Of a stretch of 64,000 nt of DNA, positions 32,382 through 47,427 are shown piece after piece. Under the pieces are notes generated by a model that saw only the letters and a list, made by a program, of their open reading frames with translations, searched no databases and was not told the DNA's origin. The translations under genes were made by a program, and so were the position numbers. Source of the DNA: Eledone cirrhosa (lineage: Eukaryota). Each line of letters opens with the position of its first letter. Position 1 is the first letter of the stretch. The stretch is taken from the NCBI GenBank assembly GCA_964016885.1, contig OZ024743.1, positions 269,018,001 to 269,082,000 on the forward strand, read 5' to 3'.

Positions 32382-32601
32382 TAATTATCTTATGTTGTTT
32401 ATTACATAACTAAATATATATATGTATATATATATATGTGTGTGTCTGTGTGTGTGTATGTATATATATGTGTGTATATATATGTAATGGTGGTGGGGGT
32501 GAGACCTAGAACCGATTCTGCCACAACAACAATAATTATAATCATAATAGTAATATGTTGATAATGATGAGGATAACATTTGTGATGATGATGATAATAA
32601 T

Positions 32602-33212
32602 AATTGTTTCTACTTTTGGCACAAGGCCAGCAATTATCCCAGTGTATTATGGTACTTTATTTTATCGACCCCGTAAGGATGAAAGGCAAAGTTAACCTCG
32701 GCGGGATTTGAACTCAGAATGGCAAGGGCCGTCATCTATGCGTCAAAGCATGGCGTCCGACCCTCTACTGATACTGCCAATCCACCGGTTTCTTATATAG
32801 GCACAAGGCCAGCAATTTTGGGGGAAAGGAAAGTCGATTAAATTGACACCAGTGCATGACAGGTACTTTATTTTATCGACCCTGTAAGGATGAAAGGCAA
32901 AGTTAACCTCGGCGGGATTTGAACTTAGAACGTAAAGGGCCGTAACTCTAAGCTGCGAAGCATACCGTCGGACCCTCTACCAATACTGCCAAAATAATAA
33001 CAGTTTCTAATTTAAGCAGAAGGCGAACAGTTTTGGAGGGAGAGGAAAGTTGATTAAATTGACCCCAATATATTACCAGTACTTTATTTTATCGAACCCT
33101 GTAAGGATGAAAGAAAAAGCCACCCACCCTTGGCGGGATTTGGATTTAGAACGTAAAGGGACATAACTCTATGCTGCAAAGCATGTTGTCCAACACTCAA
33201 CCTATACTGCAA
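32602..33212 (-). mobile_element. Three tandem SINE A copies
   Basis: Consecutive minus-strand units of short and long subtypes. Confidence 0.88.
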
Positions 33213-33614
33213 TGATGATCATCATGATCATAATAATAATGATAATAATAATAAAATAATTAGAAGGTGGAGGAGAGGGAGAGGCAGGTGAATAAAAATA
33301 AAAATTGTATTAATAATTATCATAATGTTAATGAAAATTATAATTAAAATAGTCATGTTAAAATTGTAATAATTATAATTATAGTCATAATTGTAGTGTA
33401 AAAAAAATGAAGATAATATGATTACTGTTCATATTATAGATGGAAACTATGGCGACTCTAATGACAACCATTGTAATGATGACTGTAATAATCACAATAA
33501 CAAATAAATTATAATAACCAGATTAATAATTATCTCTCAGTCTAGTTAATGTTGATGTTTATATATATATATATATATGATAGCGTAGAAGATGGACGTT
33601 AAACGAAGATGATG

Positions 33615-33650
<36 letters not shown>

Positions 33651-33784
33651 TGATGATAATGATGCTATATGTACAGGGTGTCCCCCAAAAATGTATACAC
33701 CATTCTAATAAATATTGCATGTGCAGGTAATAAAAATGTGTATACATTTTTGGGACACCCTGTATGTATATATATATATATATA

Positions 33785-34642
33785 TCATCATTTTATGTCC
33801 GCTTTTCCCTGCTTGCAAGGGTGGGACGGGAACTGATTCTGGCTTGATTTCTACAGCTGGATGCCCTTCCTAACACCAACCAGTGAGTGCTGGGTGCTTT
33901 TTTTCCATGGCGCCTACATGTCCACTTTACAGTGTGGGCTGGGTGCTTTTTTTGCCGTGGCACCTTCAAGACCACTTTGCAGTGGAATGATAGAGACCGC
34001 AGTCCCTATCATCTCATTTCTACAGCTGAGTAAACTGGAGCAATGTGAAATAAGGTGTCTTGCTCAAGGAAACAACACATCACCTGGTCTGAGAATTGAA
34101 CTCATACATATATGTATGTATGTATGTATGTATGTATATATGTGTATATATATATATATATATACGCACACATACACATACACCCACATGCATACTTACA
34201 TACATGCAATTACACACATCTGCACATGAATATATAAAACAAACAAACAAAACAAACCAAGAAGATAAAAAGTTAATTGTAACCCATATAGGGAACATCA
34301 TCATTCATCATCATTTCATTTTACGTCCACTTTTCCCTGCTTGCAAGGGTGGGACGGGAACTGATTCTGGCTTGATTTCTACAGCAGGATGCCCTTCCTA
34401 ACACCAACCTCATTTACAGTGAGTGCTGGGTGCTTTTTTGCCGTGGCACCTCCACGACCACTTTGCAGTGGAATGATAGGGACCCCAGTCCCTATCATCT
34501 CATTTCTACAGCTGAGTAAACTGGAGCAATGTGAAATAAAGTGTCTTGCTCAAGGAAACAACACATCACCCGGTCTGAGAATTGAACTCACAACCTTTCG
34601 ATTGCAAGGCCAATGCTCTAACCACTAAGCCATATGCCTCCA
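33785..34642 (-). mobile_element. Two copies of SINE family C (tRNA head + core + RTE-derived tail)
   Basis: Full copy ~34312-34642 and 5'-truncated copy ~33785-34104; tail GGTGTTAGGAAGGGCATCC..GGACGTAAAATGA matches RTE 3' UTR at 49350-49480. Confidence 0.85.
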
Positions 34643-34898
34643 TGTGTATGTTAATGAGTGAGTGAAGGTGGATCTGAGATATTTTTTGACATTATATAAA
34701 TATTACAAGCATTTTATGGTCTTATTTATGGATAGTTGTCACTAATGTTTATATTTGTACAGTGTTATTTCATCACCTTTGCCTCTTCTTCTGTATATGA
34801 GGAGGCAGAATAGGTTGGGTCAATGATTTAAAATACCAGTAATGTTATTGGTCAGTTATATGAAATATGTGTTTATGTATGTGTATATATATATACGT

Positions 34899-34946
<48 letters not shown>

Positions 34947-35089
34947 TATATGTGTGTGTTTATATATATATATACATATATATATGTCCTGCATCTCCAA
35001 CAGACCAGTGTCTGTCCTTAGGGCATCAACATACGTTAACCTTGGTCTTCCTCTTCTAGTGTGTCCATGTAGGGTCTCCCAAAGTATAC

Positions 35090-35185
<96 letters not shown>

Positions 35186-35733
35186 AATAAAGACAAGCTT
35201 ATATTGGCAAAAGCCGTGATTCCTGGACAAATTTAAATTTCAAAATCCAAACCCGCTCTGTAGATGAATTTGAACTTAGAAACCCAAATATGTTTCGCAA
35301 CGATGGTACATGAATTAAAAAATAAAGAGAATCGAAATGAAATTGAAATAAAAAGTAAAATATCCAAATCTTCTGTGCTTATCAACAGGAATCCAGTAAA
35401 ATTAGTACATTCCACCTTCAAAAATTTTGCAGGTCTGATTACATTGGGAATCCACGTACATATAATATATATATAGGAAAAGAGTCAGGATCCCGACGGC
35501 TGAGCTCCGGCCATTTTGACAGCTAGATCCCAACGTTATGGTCCACCTGGTATCTTACCACACCCTCTTTGTTTATAATATATATCTAACCCATGCTAGC
35601 ATGGAACATGGACGTTAAACGATGATGATGATATAAATTATCTAAAATACTGCATATTCACTACAATTATTTTGCTGAATATGACTGTAATTCCTTACAT
35701 AATTAGAAATTATATATATATAAGTATAGGTGC

Positions 35734-35777
<44 letters not shown>

Positions 35778-35779
<2 letters not shown>

Positions 35780-36438
35780 CATCATCATCATCGTTTAACG
35801 TCCATCTTCCACGCTTGCATGGGTTTGGACGGGAATTTTCCCACTTGAGGCAAGAGTGGTTGTCTTGCTCAGGACTGCCTGGCGGGTTTTCTACGGCTGG
35901 ATGCCCTTCCTAACACCAACCACGTTTACAGTGTGGACTGGGAGGTTTTTACCGTGTTACCTACACGGTCACATTACAGCGTGGACTGTGTTTTTTGTCG
36001 TGACACCTACATGACCTCATTTGTTTTGGACTGGATGTTGTGGTACCAACATAATTTTACATTGAAAGGGGTGGTGTAGATGGGGTGGGGGTAGTGGGAC
36101 GGGGGTGTGTTTTTGTTAGAGGTGCCTACTGACTGTAGGTTTTGCTTTGTACTTAGGCAAGGCGGGTCTTCTGTATTACTGTGTAGCGCCATAGATCTTG
36201 GTCCAGTGACATTGTCTTGGAGAGGTGTAAGTGTGTGAGGTCGGAATTTATGAAGTCGTCCCAGGCTTTTCTGGGTCTGCCTACTCTATGGCTACCGTCT
36301 ATTTTTATCGCCCTGCACTTTTTATACAGCTGTCGTCTTTCATGCACATCACGTGACCGTACCAGCGTAGTCTTCTCTCGAGTAAACAACATCTGATCCC
36401 TCTTATTCTTAATTTCTCCCTTAGTTCGTTTATGCTTT
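35778..36438 (-). mobile_element. RTE LINE 3' fragment
   Basis: Reverse complement of ~48822-49490; encodes KKCRAIKIDGSHRVGRPRKAWD..LDQDLWR. Confidence 0.92.
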
Positions 36439-37003
36439 AATATATATATATAAATATATATTTAACCTGTTGGTTTTCTCGGTGCTTCGGTGTCGTGGCT
36501 GGGTCTGCCTGCCATAGCTTTCAATTTGTCATGCCGTTAAAGAATGTTATTACTCTGAGATTCCTCATTGAGTGCTTGGCAGCACATTCCTCATTGTAAC
36601 TCGTTGGCTTGGCTACAGCCGAAGCTTCGATTTTACCAAACTTTCATTTATATATATATATAGTGTATGGGTTGTCTTATACCATTTGTGTGACACCAGT
36701 GTAGAATATGAGTTGTTGATAGTGTGCAGACCCATGCAATGCCAATAATAGTTCTGGACTATGTATGAAATATCATACCCCCAACCCAGCTAGATAATAG
36801 ATTCTGGCAAGATGTGGAATGTAGGCCTCACTTCACCTAATAATAGTTCCAGACCAGATATAATATGTAGGCATCATTACAATCTAATAAAAGTCCTTGG
36901 CCTGATGTGAAGTGTAAGTCCCATTTCAAACTAATCATTAAGTATTTTAGTTAAATTTAGCTAAATACGTGATTAATATATAGGTTTATATACTTGTATG
37001 TAT

Positions 37004-37281
37004 GTGGAGGCACGTGGCCTAGTGGTAAGGGTGTTGGACTTATGATCATAATGTTGTGGGCTCGATTCCTGGGTTGCGTGTTGTGTTCTTGAGCAAAACA
37101 CTTCATTTCACGTTGCTCCAGTATACTCAGCTGAAAATGAGTACCAGCAATAGCTGGAGGTTTAACCCTGCGATGGACTGGCGTCCTGTTCAGGGGGGAG
37201 TCTTGTACTCTCAGTCGCTTCACGCCTTGAAACCGGGATAAGCACCGGCCAAATGAGCCTTCTGGCTTAAGACAGACTTTA
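37004..37281 (+). mobile_element. tRNA-derived SINE family B, full length
   Basis: A box, GGCTCGATTCC B box, same core and tail as 6926-7184. Confidence 0.87.
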
Positions 37282-38332
37282 GACTTTTCTTTTTTATACT
37301 TGTATGTATACATGATGTGTTTATAAATATCAGGCAAGAGAAAAAAAATGTTGAATATATATATATAAAAAAGCAAGGTAATTAATTCTAACTGTGGATG
37401 AAAAGACCCCCACATCTAAACCAAAGTCCCATGGCAACTACTTCCATCTGACCTTAGGCATGGTGGTGTATTGAGTGTCTGTTATATAAGAGTTTTGTAG
37501 TGTGTTAGTTACTTTATTGTGTGATGATTGTTTGAGGTTTTTAATGATGTTGTGACCAAGGTCCCTAGCATTAAAACACTAAAAGAAACCTCCCGTGTGA
37601 TGCAACATTATAGGATGCTGGCTAAATAACAACAATATATGTTTACTTTGTATTCTTGTAATTTTCCAATTTCTGTGGAGCTTACTTTTCATCATCCTGG
37701 GGCTGATACAAATCAAGTATTTAGAACTCCATGTAACACTTTTGTTACTATATTTCTAATGAAAGACACTAATTTTTATTTTAATTACCAAATTTTTGGA
37801 GCAATCTTGTAACGTAACTAACTTCTCCATTTATGTGGTGTTTCAAGCATAATTTAACAAAGGTTCTTACATTAAATTATGATAAATATTCTTCTTTTAT
37901 CCCATAACTACTGTTGGAGTCATAGGGGTGTCATAGTGACATACAGCGTATCTTGCACATTTTTAAAACCTGGTGGACCCATCTCTTTTTCAGGTCGGAA
38001 TACAGCTGACTTTTTCCAGAGAGAAAGAGTGATAAAAAGGAAGTGAGAAAGAGATAGAGGAAAAACTAACCCTAGTACTAAACCAATACTTTTTTACTGA
38101 CTGCAAAACAATGTAAGGTAAAGTTGACCTCCGCAGAAAGCTAAAACAAATACCACAATGGATTCTATGTCATTCCAATCTGTTTTCTTAGATATATATA
38201 AGCACTTCAAATATACATGTTTGTATTATAGATAGGCCCAGGGTTTTGTAAAGCAGCTTGGTATAAAGTCAGAATAGGGATCACTTTAGTCTGGTTTTAG
38301 TCATTGGATATTGGTTATGCTGGAGCACTCCC

Positions 38333-38500
38333 TCTCAAATGCTACAATTTTTGTCCCAAATACTACAATTTTTGCCTCAAATGCTACAATTTCCCCCTCA
38401 AATGCTACATTTTTCATCTCAAATTCTACAATTTTTGTCCCAAATGCTACAATTTTCATCTCAAATTCTACAATTTTTGTCTCAAATGCTACAATTTCTC
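38333..38500. repeat. 21-bp minisatellite x8
   Basis: CYCAAATKCTACAATTTTTGT unit; open in all three frames only because of repeat composition. Confidence 0.92.
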
Positions 38501-39267
38501 CAATCCATTAGTTTTCCATCTGTTCCTCAGTATTTACTTAGTATCCACTTCTGACAAGCAAGGAAAAAAAATCACTTTCGAGAGTCGTGAGAGGTAGAAT
38601 CGATTATGTTAAAAAAGTACTAAAAATATTGATTTCAAAAGAATGGAAGGCATAAATGACTACTACATTGTGATTTGAACAAAATAACGCTGACGACATT
38701 ACAAGGACATTCTACCAACTCTGCCAGTCAACCACTATACAAATAATTCTTTCTAACGTTAGTACAAGACCATCAATTTGGAGGAAGGAGAAGTTGGTTA
38801 TATCAGCCCTAGTATGTACTTTTTTATTGACCTTGGAAGGACGAAAGACAAAGTTGATTTTGGCAGGACTTAAACTCTGACTATAAAGAGTTGAAACAAA
38901 TACTACTAAGTATTAATCCACCACTCTACCAATTCTCCCAGTGTTTAGTTGATTACATCAACCCTGGTATTTGGCTTATACTTGATCTATCTATCTATCT
39001 ATCTATCTCCATTTATCTACCCCCTCTCCAACGCTTGATCTATATGTCTATCCTTCAGCCCACCCATTAATCCATCTACCAACCCATCTACTTACCTACC
39101 TATCTATCTACAATCCCACACAGCCATCCAACCTCATATCCACCCAACCATATTTCCATGTATACACCCACCATCTCACCATCTCTCCAATCAACCACCT
39201 ATCAGGTTATACAATATATATCATCATCATCATCATCATCATCATTTTACGTCCGCTTTTCCCTGCT

Positions 39268-39289
<22 letters not shown>

Positions 39290-39302
<13 letters not shown>

Positions 39303-39500
39303 ATTCAAATATTAATAAAATAGATGTTCTTGTGATCAATTAAATTTTATTATACATATTTTAGAGGTACGTGAATCAGGTTCAAAGTATTTTATCTGAT
39401 GAGGACGTACTGTTGAACCTGATTCACGTAATATGTATAATAAAATTTAATTGATCACAAGAACATCTATTTTATTAATATTTGAATTTAATATTATATT
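39290..39500. mobile_element. Fold-back element with broken HHR (39389-39446)
   Basis: ~100-bp inverted arms; plus arm has AUUUUAU CUGAUGA GGAC GUAC but lacks GAA; minus arm supplies GUAC CUCU AAAA UAUGUAUA. Confidence 0.7.
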
Positions 39501-39589
39501 AATAACTCTGGAAAATATTTATTTGTAGAGTGCTTCCAATCTACTGTAAAACTCATTCTTTGATGTACTCATTGAATCTTGTTTAACTC

Positions 39590-39645
<56 letters not shown>

Positions 39646-39877
39646 GTGAATAAAGTTTTACTATACATATGCATAATTGCACATATATCATCAGATAGGC
39701 ACTCACATATGCACTTATACATATATACATGTATCATTGCACAGTTATGTTACAAGATTGCTCCAAAATGATGTGTGTATGCATACATACACATGCATAT
39801 ATACATAAACAAAAATATACCCTGGTACATAATCACTCACATATATACATTATATACATAATTGCACCCACCCACAT

Positions 39878-40472
39878 ATACATTATATACATACATATAC
39901 ATTATATACATATACATTATATACATATACATTATATACATACATGTACATTTTATACATACATATACATTTTATACATACATATACATGTTATACATAC
40001 ATATACATTTTATACATACATGTACATTATATACATACATGTACATTTTATACATACATGTACATTATATACATATACATTATATACATACATGTACATT
40101 ACATAAATATACATTTTATACATACATATACATTTTATACATACATGTACATTTTATACATACATGTACATTATATACATATACATTATATACATACATG
40201 TACATTACATACATATACATTTTATACATACATATACATTTTATACATACATGTACATTTTATACATACATGTACATTATATACATATACATTATATACA
40301 TACATGTACATTACATACATATACATTTTATACATACATATACATTTTATACATACATGTACATTAAATACATACATATACATTATATACATACATGTAC
40401 ATTAAATACATACATATACATTATATACATACATGTACATTTTATACATACATGTACATTATATACATATAT
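39878..40472. repeat. TATACATACATRTACATT compound minisatellite
   Basis: Seen directly. Confidence 0.93.
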
Positions 40473-40693
40473 ATACACCCACATTATGTGTCTGCATGCA
40501 TTTATTTTTAATAATTTCTTCAAACGAAATGCCATCAGATAAAAATAACCAAAGAGACAAAACAATTAATAAATGGTTAATTAACTATTTAATTAATTAA
40601 AGTATAAATCAATGTAAATAAGAAATTTGAATAGAACCAACATTCGTGTAATTTGTAGTTAATTCCTCCATCCTTTCATTACATTTCTATCAC

Positions 40694-40762
<69 letters not shown>

Positions 40763-41081
40763 ATATATACACATTGTATGTGTGTGTGTGTGTTTATGTA
40801 TATGTTTATATATATATGTGTGTGTGTGTGTGTTTATGTATATGTTTATATATATATGTGTGTGTGTGTGTGTGTTTATGTATATGTTTATATATATATG
40901 TGTGTGTGTGTGTGTGTTTATGTATATGTTTATATATATATGTGTGTGTGTGTGTTTATGTATATATATGTGTGTGTGTGTGTGTGTATATAAATATACA
41001 TTTACTATTTTTCTTGTTCCTTTCCAAACCTTATGGCTAATAGAGGATGGTGGTTTCACTATTAACATGTGTATGTATGTA

Positions 41082-41273
<192 letters not shown>

Positions 41274-41570
41274 TGGATGCAGTAAAAACAAGTTACACCA
41301 TTGTTTACCAGATTACTCGATACGTGGGGTAGTAGAGTAGGTAATATGAAGGATTCGGGACCCCGTCGACTGAGCTCCTGCTGTTTCAACAGCTAGATCA
41401 AGCTGTTGAAACGACAGCGGTCCAGAATCCTATGAAAGACTAGCGTCCGAAACGTTAAGACCCTCTTCCTGCTATATCAAGTGTTAACCTAATATATCCC
41501 TTCCATATACTGTACCGATTGTGTTGTTGTTTCTCTTTACCTTTTAGAAACATACATACACTCACACACA

Positions 41571-41654
<84 letters not shown>

Positions 41655-42053
41655 TAATAGGTTGGGCACATAATCGCTGGATACCTTGGATACAGAAAAA
41701 ACCAAAAAATTGTACAGCGCAGCCTGCGACAAGGACTCACACCTGTGATATACTGTTTCGCCGGTCAAAAGTTCTAAAAATAGATTGTTTATTATCAGAT
41801 TAATGAAGTTTAATATAGAGGAAAATATTGGTGGGTACGCTTTAGTACAACTGTTAGCAAGGCGAAACGGTACATTGTATGTATGGGTCTGAGTCACACG
41901 GCCTATGCTGCACAATATTTTTCCGTCTCTAGGGTTTATGTGCTCAACTCAGACTATTTTGTATAGTAAAATAAAACAACGATACTTCTAGCTTACTGAT
42001 TAAAAAAACCTATCGTTCAACGTTTCTAAAAATAGATTGGTGATATATTTTTC

Positions 42054-42132
<79 letters not shown>

Positions 42133-42152
42133 TTATTAAAATAACAGATTAA

Positions 42153-42201
42153 AGTTTAAGCAAAGAATCGCTGCTTTCACCCTTAACGGGATCTTCTGAA
42201 A
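42153..42201 (-). ncRNA. Second CAGAAGA hammerhead-like motif
   Basis: Identical to 3134-3184 except outer stem I. Confidence 0.58.
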
Positions 42202-42243
42202 AGCCCTCTTTGGATTTTAGTCTTCAAATTTATTATTATTAAT

Positions 42244-42330
<87 letters not shown>

Positions 42331-42415
42331 TAAGTTATTCCGGGTTGAATCGGAGGTAACCACAGTAAGTAAGGTACTCAATACATAGCAGAGTATAAAA
42401 GTTTTAATATAGATG

Positions 42416-42466
42416 AGATTCTACAGGACTAGAACTGTTTCATTCTTTAGAAATCATCAGGAATCT
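42416..42466 (-). ncRNA. Hammerhead ribozyme H1
   Basis: Minus: AGAUUC CUGAUGA UUUCUAAAGAAU GAAA CAG UUCUAGUC CUG UA GAAUCU. Confidence 0.82.
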
Positions 42467-42471
42467 GAGCC

Positions 42472-42522
42472 AGATTCCTGATGATTTCTAAAGAATGAAA
42501 CAGTTCTAGTCCTGTAGAATCT
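42472..42522 (+). ncRNA. Hammerhead ribozyme H1
   Basis: Exact inverted twin of 42416-42466; cut predicted after 42516. Confidence 0.82.
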
Positions 42523-42670
42523 CATCTATATTAAAATGTATATATATCAGATGGATGCAGTAGAATCCAGGTACACCAGAGTACTCGATACTGTTGAAAC
42601 GGTAGGAGCTCAACCGACCCAAATTCTTTATATATATATATGAAATACTGTTGGCTTCACGTTCACAACA

Positions 42671-42701
<31 letters not shown>

Positions 42702-42703
42702 TG

Positions 42704-42849
42704 CAGTGCCGGATTTACCATTGTACTTAGGTGTGCATTTAAGCAGAGGGTCACTTTGACGCAAACAGTTTTTACTGCCTTCAGGGCCCAAGTAAGTGGC
42801 CTCATAACTTAACTAGCACAGGGCCGCATGTGTCCTAAATTCGGCACTA
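42704..42849. mobile_element. hAT-like MITE
   Basis: TIRs CAGTGCCGGATTTA / TAAATTCGGCACT; relative at 52966-53235. Confidence 0.7.
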
Positions 42850-42991
42850 TATATATATATATGCAGACATAAAGCTTGCTTTGTAACCGTTAGTTCCCGC
42901 TGTCATCAAATACCCCGGGTTCACCCATGCCTTTGGAAACCTGTCAGGAGCTGGTTTTGTCACTCGATGCCATGCTGATATATATACATAT

Positions 42992-43046
<55 letters not shown>

Positions 43047-43573
43047 CTCTTTTACTCTTTTACCTGTTTCAGCCATCCGGCTGAGGCCATGCTGGGGCAC
43101 CATATATATATATATATAAAATGTAAAATGTAGATATATCTCTATAATATATATATATATATATACACGTACAAACACACAGATATATATATATATATAT
43201 ATAGGTATATTGCTCTCCATTTATATACACTCACTCACAACGCTGGCGCGAAAAATCAAAATAACTATTTAATTATCTACAATAAAAGAAAGAGCGATAT
43301 AAATAAAAATATACAAGATATTTTAGTGTAATTTATCTTAATTAGATTGTCATTATTTCTGTTAATGATTATTGTGAGGAAGGGGGAAAGTAATGTATCT
43401 TGAGAGACTGACAATATCTAACTACCTGTCAGTCAGCCATTCTCTCATTCGCTCATTCTGTCATTAGCCATTCTCTCATTCGGTCATTCTGTCATTCTAT
43501 CAATGTCATCATAACAGGTGGACGGGAGGCTGCTTGGCGATATATACAGTACAGCAATTGTCGAATATAATAC

Positions 43574-43608
<35 letters not shown>

Positions 43609-43869
43609 TCTGTGTGTGTGTGTGTGTATGCGTGTATATATATATATTAGTGGTGCAGAAACTCGAGTCCGGGAACCTTATAGGCACCCGTTTTACGTGT
43701 GTTGTGTTGAGGCAAATAACTATGTGTATACTCTGGTAATGTATCTTACATTGCCCATTGAGTGCGCTGAGATACAACCGGTACTGGCATTGATAAATAT
43801 GCTGGGTCCGTCAACCCTTATTATATATATGTATATATATATATATACACACATACATACATACATACA

Positions 43870-43905
<36 letters not shown>

Positions 43906-43999
43906 TAAGCGATTCTTTGCTTAAACTTTAATCTGTTATTTTAATAAATACACACATATATATATATACACACACACACACATACATACATACACACAC

Positions 44000-44042
<43 letters not shown>

Positions 44043-44287
44043 TACATACATATATATATATGCATACATATAATAAGGAGTTGACAGACCCAGCATATTT
44101 ATCAATGCTAGGGCCGGTTGTATCTCAGCGTACTCAATAGGCTATATACATACACGTACATATATATATACATACATACATATATATATATATGCAAACG
44201 CACACACATATACATGTATATATATATATATATACATATATAGTGACGAAACATAAGTCAATTGCATGAACTCATAATCCTTTATTT

Positions 44288-44343
44288 ACTGCTATATATA
44301 TTTCGATGATAGCCATTGAATGGCTATGACCTCATCAGGCAGT
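44288..44343 (-). ncRNA. Hammerhead ribozyme, AUA-triplet / C.C group
   Basis: Minus: ACUGC CUGAUGA GGU C AUAGCCAUUCAAUGGCUAU C AUC GAAA UAUAUA UA GCAGU then AAAUAAA. Confidence 0.88.
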
Positions 44344-44462
44344 TAGTCAGTTCTTAGATATGCCAGCTCTGTGTTTATAGTGTTGATGGTATCAGAACCT
44401 TGGGACACACACACACACACATATATATATATGTGTATATAATATGTGTGTGTGTATGTATG

Positions 44463-44562
<100 letters not shown>

Positions 44563-44616
44563 AAAGGGTGTGGTATAATACCAGAGTACTCGATACTTGG
44601 GGTAGTAGAGTGAGTA

Positions 44617-44738
44617 ATATGAAAAGATTCAGGACCCCCGACGGCTGAGCTCCGGTCGTTTCGACAGCTAGATTTGACCTTTTAGTTCGGATCTAGCAGT
44701 CGAAAGGGTCGGAGCTCAGCCGTCGGGGTCCTGAATCT

Positions 44739-44746
<8 letters not shown>
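44617..44746. mobile_element. Palindromic element with HHR 3' halves (family H4)
   Basis: Near-perfect inverted repeat with GAAA(C)..GGAGCUC..GCCGUC on both strands; relatives at ~7360, ~35490, ~41347, 60233. Confidence 0.65.
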
Positions 44747-44779
<33 letters not shown>

Positions 44780-44847
44780 AGAGAGAGAGAGATGAGTTTC
44801 ACAGGTTACAAACATTATCTGATGATGTGTCCCTTTGCTAAGATAAT

Positions 44848-45030
44848 TGTTTCTACTTTTGGCACAAGGTCAGCAATTATCTCAGTGTATTACTGGTACT
44901 TTATTTTATCGACCGCGTAAGAATGAAAGGCAAAGTTAACCTCGGCGGGATTTGAACTCAGATCGTAAAGGGCCGTAACTCCATGCTGCAAAGCATGGTG
45001 TCCGACCCTCTACCGATACTGCCAATCCAC
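44848..45030 (-). mobile_element. SINE A with TSD
   Basis: CTAAGATAAT at 44838-44847 and 45031-45040. Confidence 0.92.
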
Positions 45031-45308
45031 CTAAGATAATAGATCTTATTTTGTACCAATAATTGCAGTTTGCAATGCAAGTTTCGCGCATCGGCTACTC
45101 ATATATATACCATGTTCTTATGCTTGAATGCCTCAATAGACTGTATAGAAAGACAGATGCATTTGTTCTTCATACATACATCTATAGATTTTACATTTAG
45201 GGCAATGATGACGGTAAAATCCTATTATATATATGTATGTTTGTATATATATATATATATATACGTGTATGTATTTATGTATATGTATATATATATATAT
45301 ACGTGTGA

Positions 45309-45356
<48 letters not shown>

Positions 45357-45469
45357 GTGTATGTATATATATATGTGTGTATGTATGTATATGTATATAT
45401 ATGTATATATTATGTATGTATATATATATATATATGCATGTATGTATATATATATATATATATGTATGC

Positions 45470-45510
<41 letters not shown>

Positions 45511-45511
45511 C

Positions 45512-45588
<77 letters not shown>

Positions 45589-45766
45589 TGTATATATATG
45601 CAGGTATACACACACTCACACACACATATACATATGTATGTGTTTGTACGTGTATGTCTGCGCATTCATACATTTAAATCGCAATATTGTATATAGCTAT
45701 TTCTATAATAAACTTTTTCGTTTCATGTTATATCAAAGTGGTGAACTAGATGGTGTGTGCTACATG

Positions 45767-45827
<61 letters not shown>

Positions 45828-45857
45828 CAATATGACATGGATGGTTGGCGGTACATG

Positions 45858-45960
<103 letters not shown>

Positions 45961-46040
45961 GGAAAAAATGAAACGAAATTTCATTTCTCACTCTTGGTAC
46001 GGCTGTTACTTAAATATAAGTATGTATACGAACATACATA

Positions 46041-46265
46041 TATGTATACAGACGTACATTAGTATGCATATATATATATACATACATGCACACACATATA
46101 TATATGTACGTATGGATTCACCGAACATTTATTATACTGCTCGGTGTGTTACAAACACACCGAGCATTATAATAAATGTTCGGTGAATCCATACGTACAC
46201 ATATATATATGTGTGTGCATGTATGTATGTATATATATGCATACTAATCTACGTCTGTATACATA
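46041..46265. repeat. Long palindrome
   Basis: Inner arms 46106-46198 nearly perfect (GTACGTATGGATTCACCGAACATTTATTATA..), extended by outer arms. Confidence 0.9.
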
Positions 46266-47350
46266 CTTATATATATATATATATATATATAATATACACA
46301 CACATAATGTGATGTATGTGTATGTGTTGGTACATGTTGATGTCCACACACATACATACACACTACTGTGTGATGTATCGGTGGTACATGTTGCGTACAT
46401 ACACACACACACACACACACACACAGTGCAGTAGGTCGTTAGAAAAATACACATACATACGATCTTGCTCATACATATGCAGACGATCTCTCTCTCTCCT
46501 TCTCCCCCACCCCTCTCTCTACAAACACACACACTGGTGTATCTGTGGGTGGTACGCATTCATGAACACATACGTTCTCTCTGTCTCTACACATACACAC
46601 ACTCTCGCTGGTGTGGGTGGTACGCGATCATGAATACATACACATACACGCGGTCATGAATACATACACATACACGTTCATTAATACATACACATATACA
46701 CGTTCATGAATACATACACATACACGCGTTCATTAATACATATATACACGTTGTCTCTCTCTCTCCCCTTACACACGCATTCTCGTGGCCTCTTCACACA
46801 CTCACATCCACTCCTCTCTCTCAACGTACATACACACATACCTATCTCTCTCTCTCCGTACACATACACACATTTGCTTTCTTTCTCTATCCTCCCCCTG
46901 CTTCTCCATTCACATGCAACGCACACATATTCTCCCCCTCTCCCCCTCTCTCTCCACACGCAACTCACATATAGTCTCTCTGTCTCTCTCTCTCTCCACA
47001 CGCAACACACACACATTCTCTCCATCCCCACACCTAACACCCCCCCCCCTTACGCATACACACATACACATACACACTGGGCCTTGTAATTATCTGCCAA
47101 GATAAAAGTAAAGGAATTATCGCAGCTAGTTTTAAAATGGAGTTGATGTATTAGTTAGCCTGGCAGTGTTAACAAGCCAGCGGATCTTGTCTTTATATAT
47201 TTAAACGTGCTTACGCTTGAGTTTGCGCTCATGTATGCGTGTATATATACGTATATATGTTTATATGCCTCTCTCTCTATGTATATATATATATACACAT
47301 GTATGTATATATAAATATGTATATGTATATACACACATGCACACAAATAT

Positions 47351-47427
<77 letters not shown>

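Noticed and set aside
38304-38597. Three overlapping ORFs with heptad-like repeats
   Set aside because: Produced by the 21-bp minisatellite
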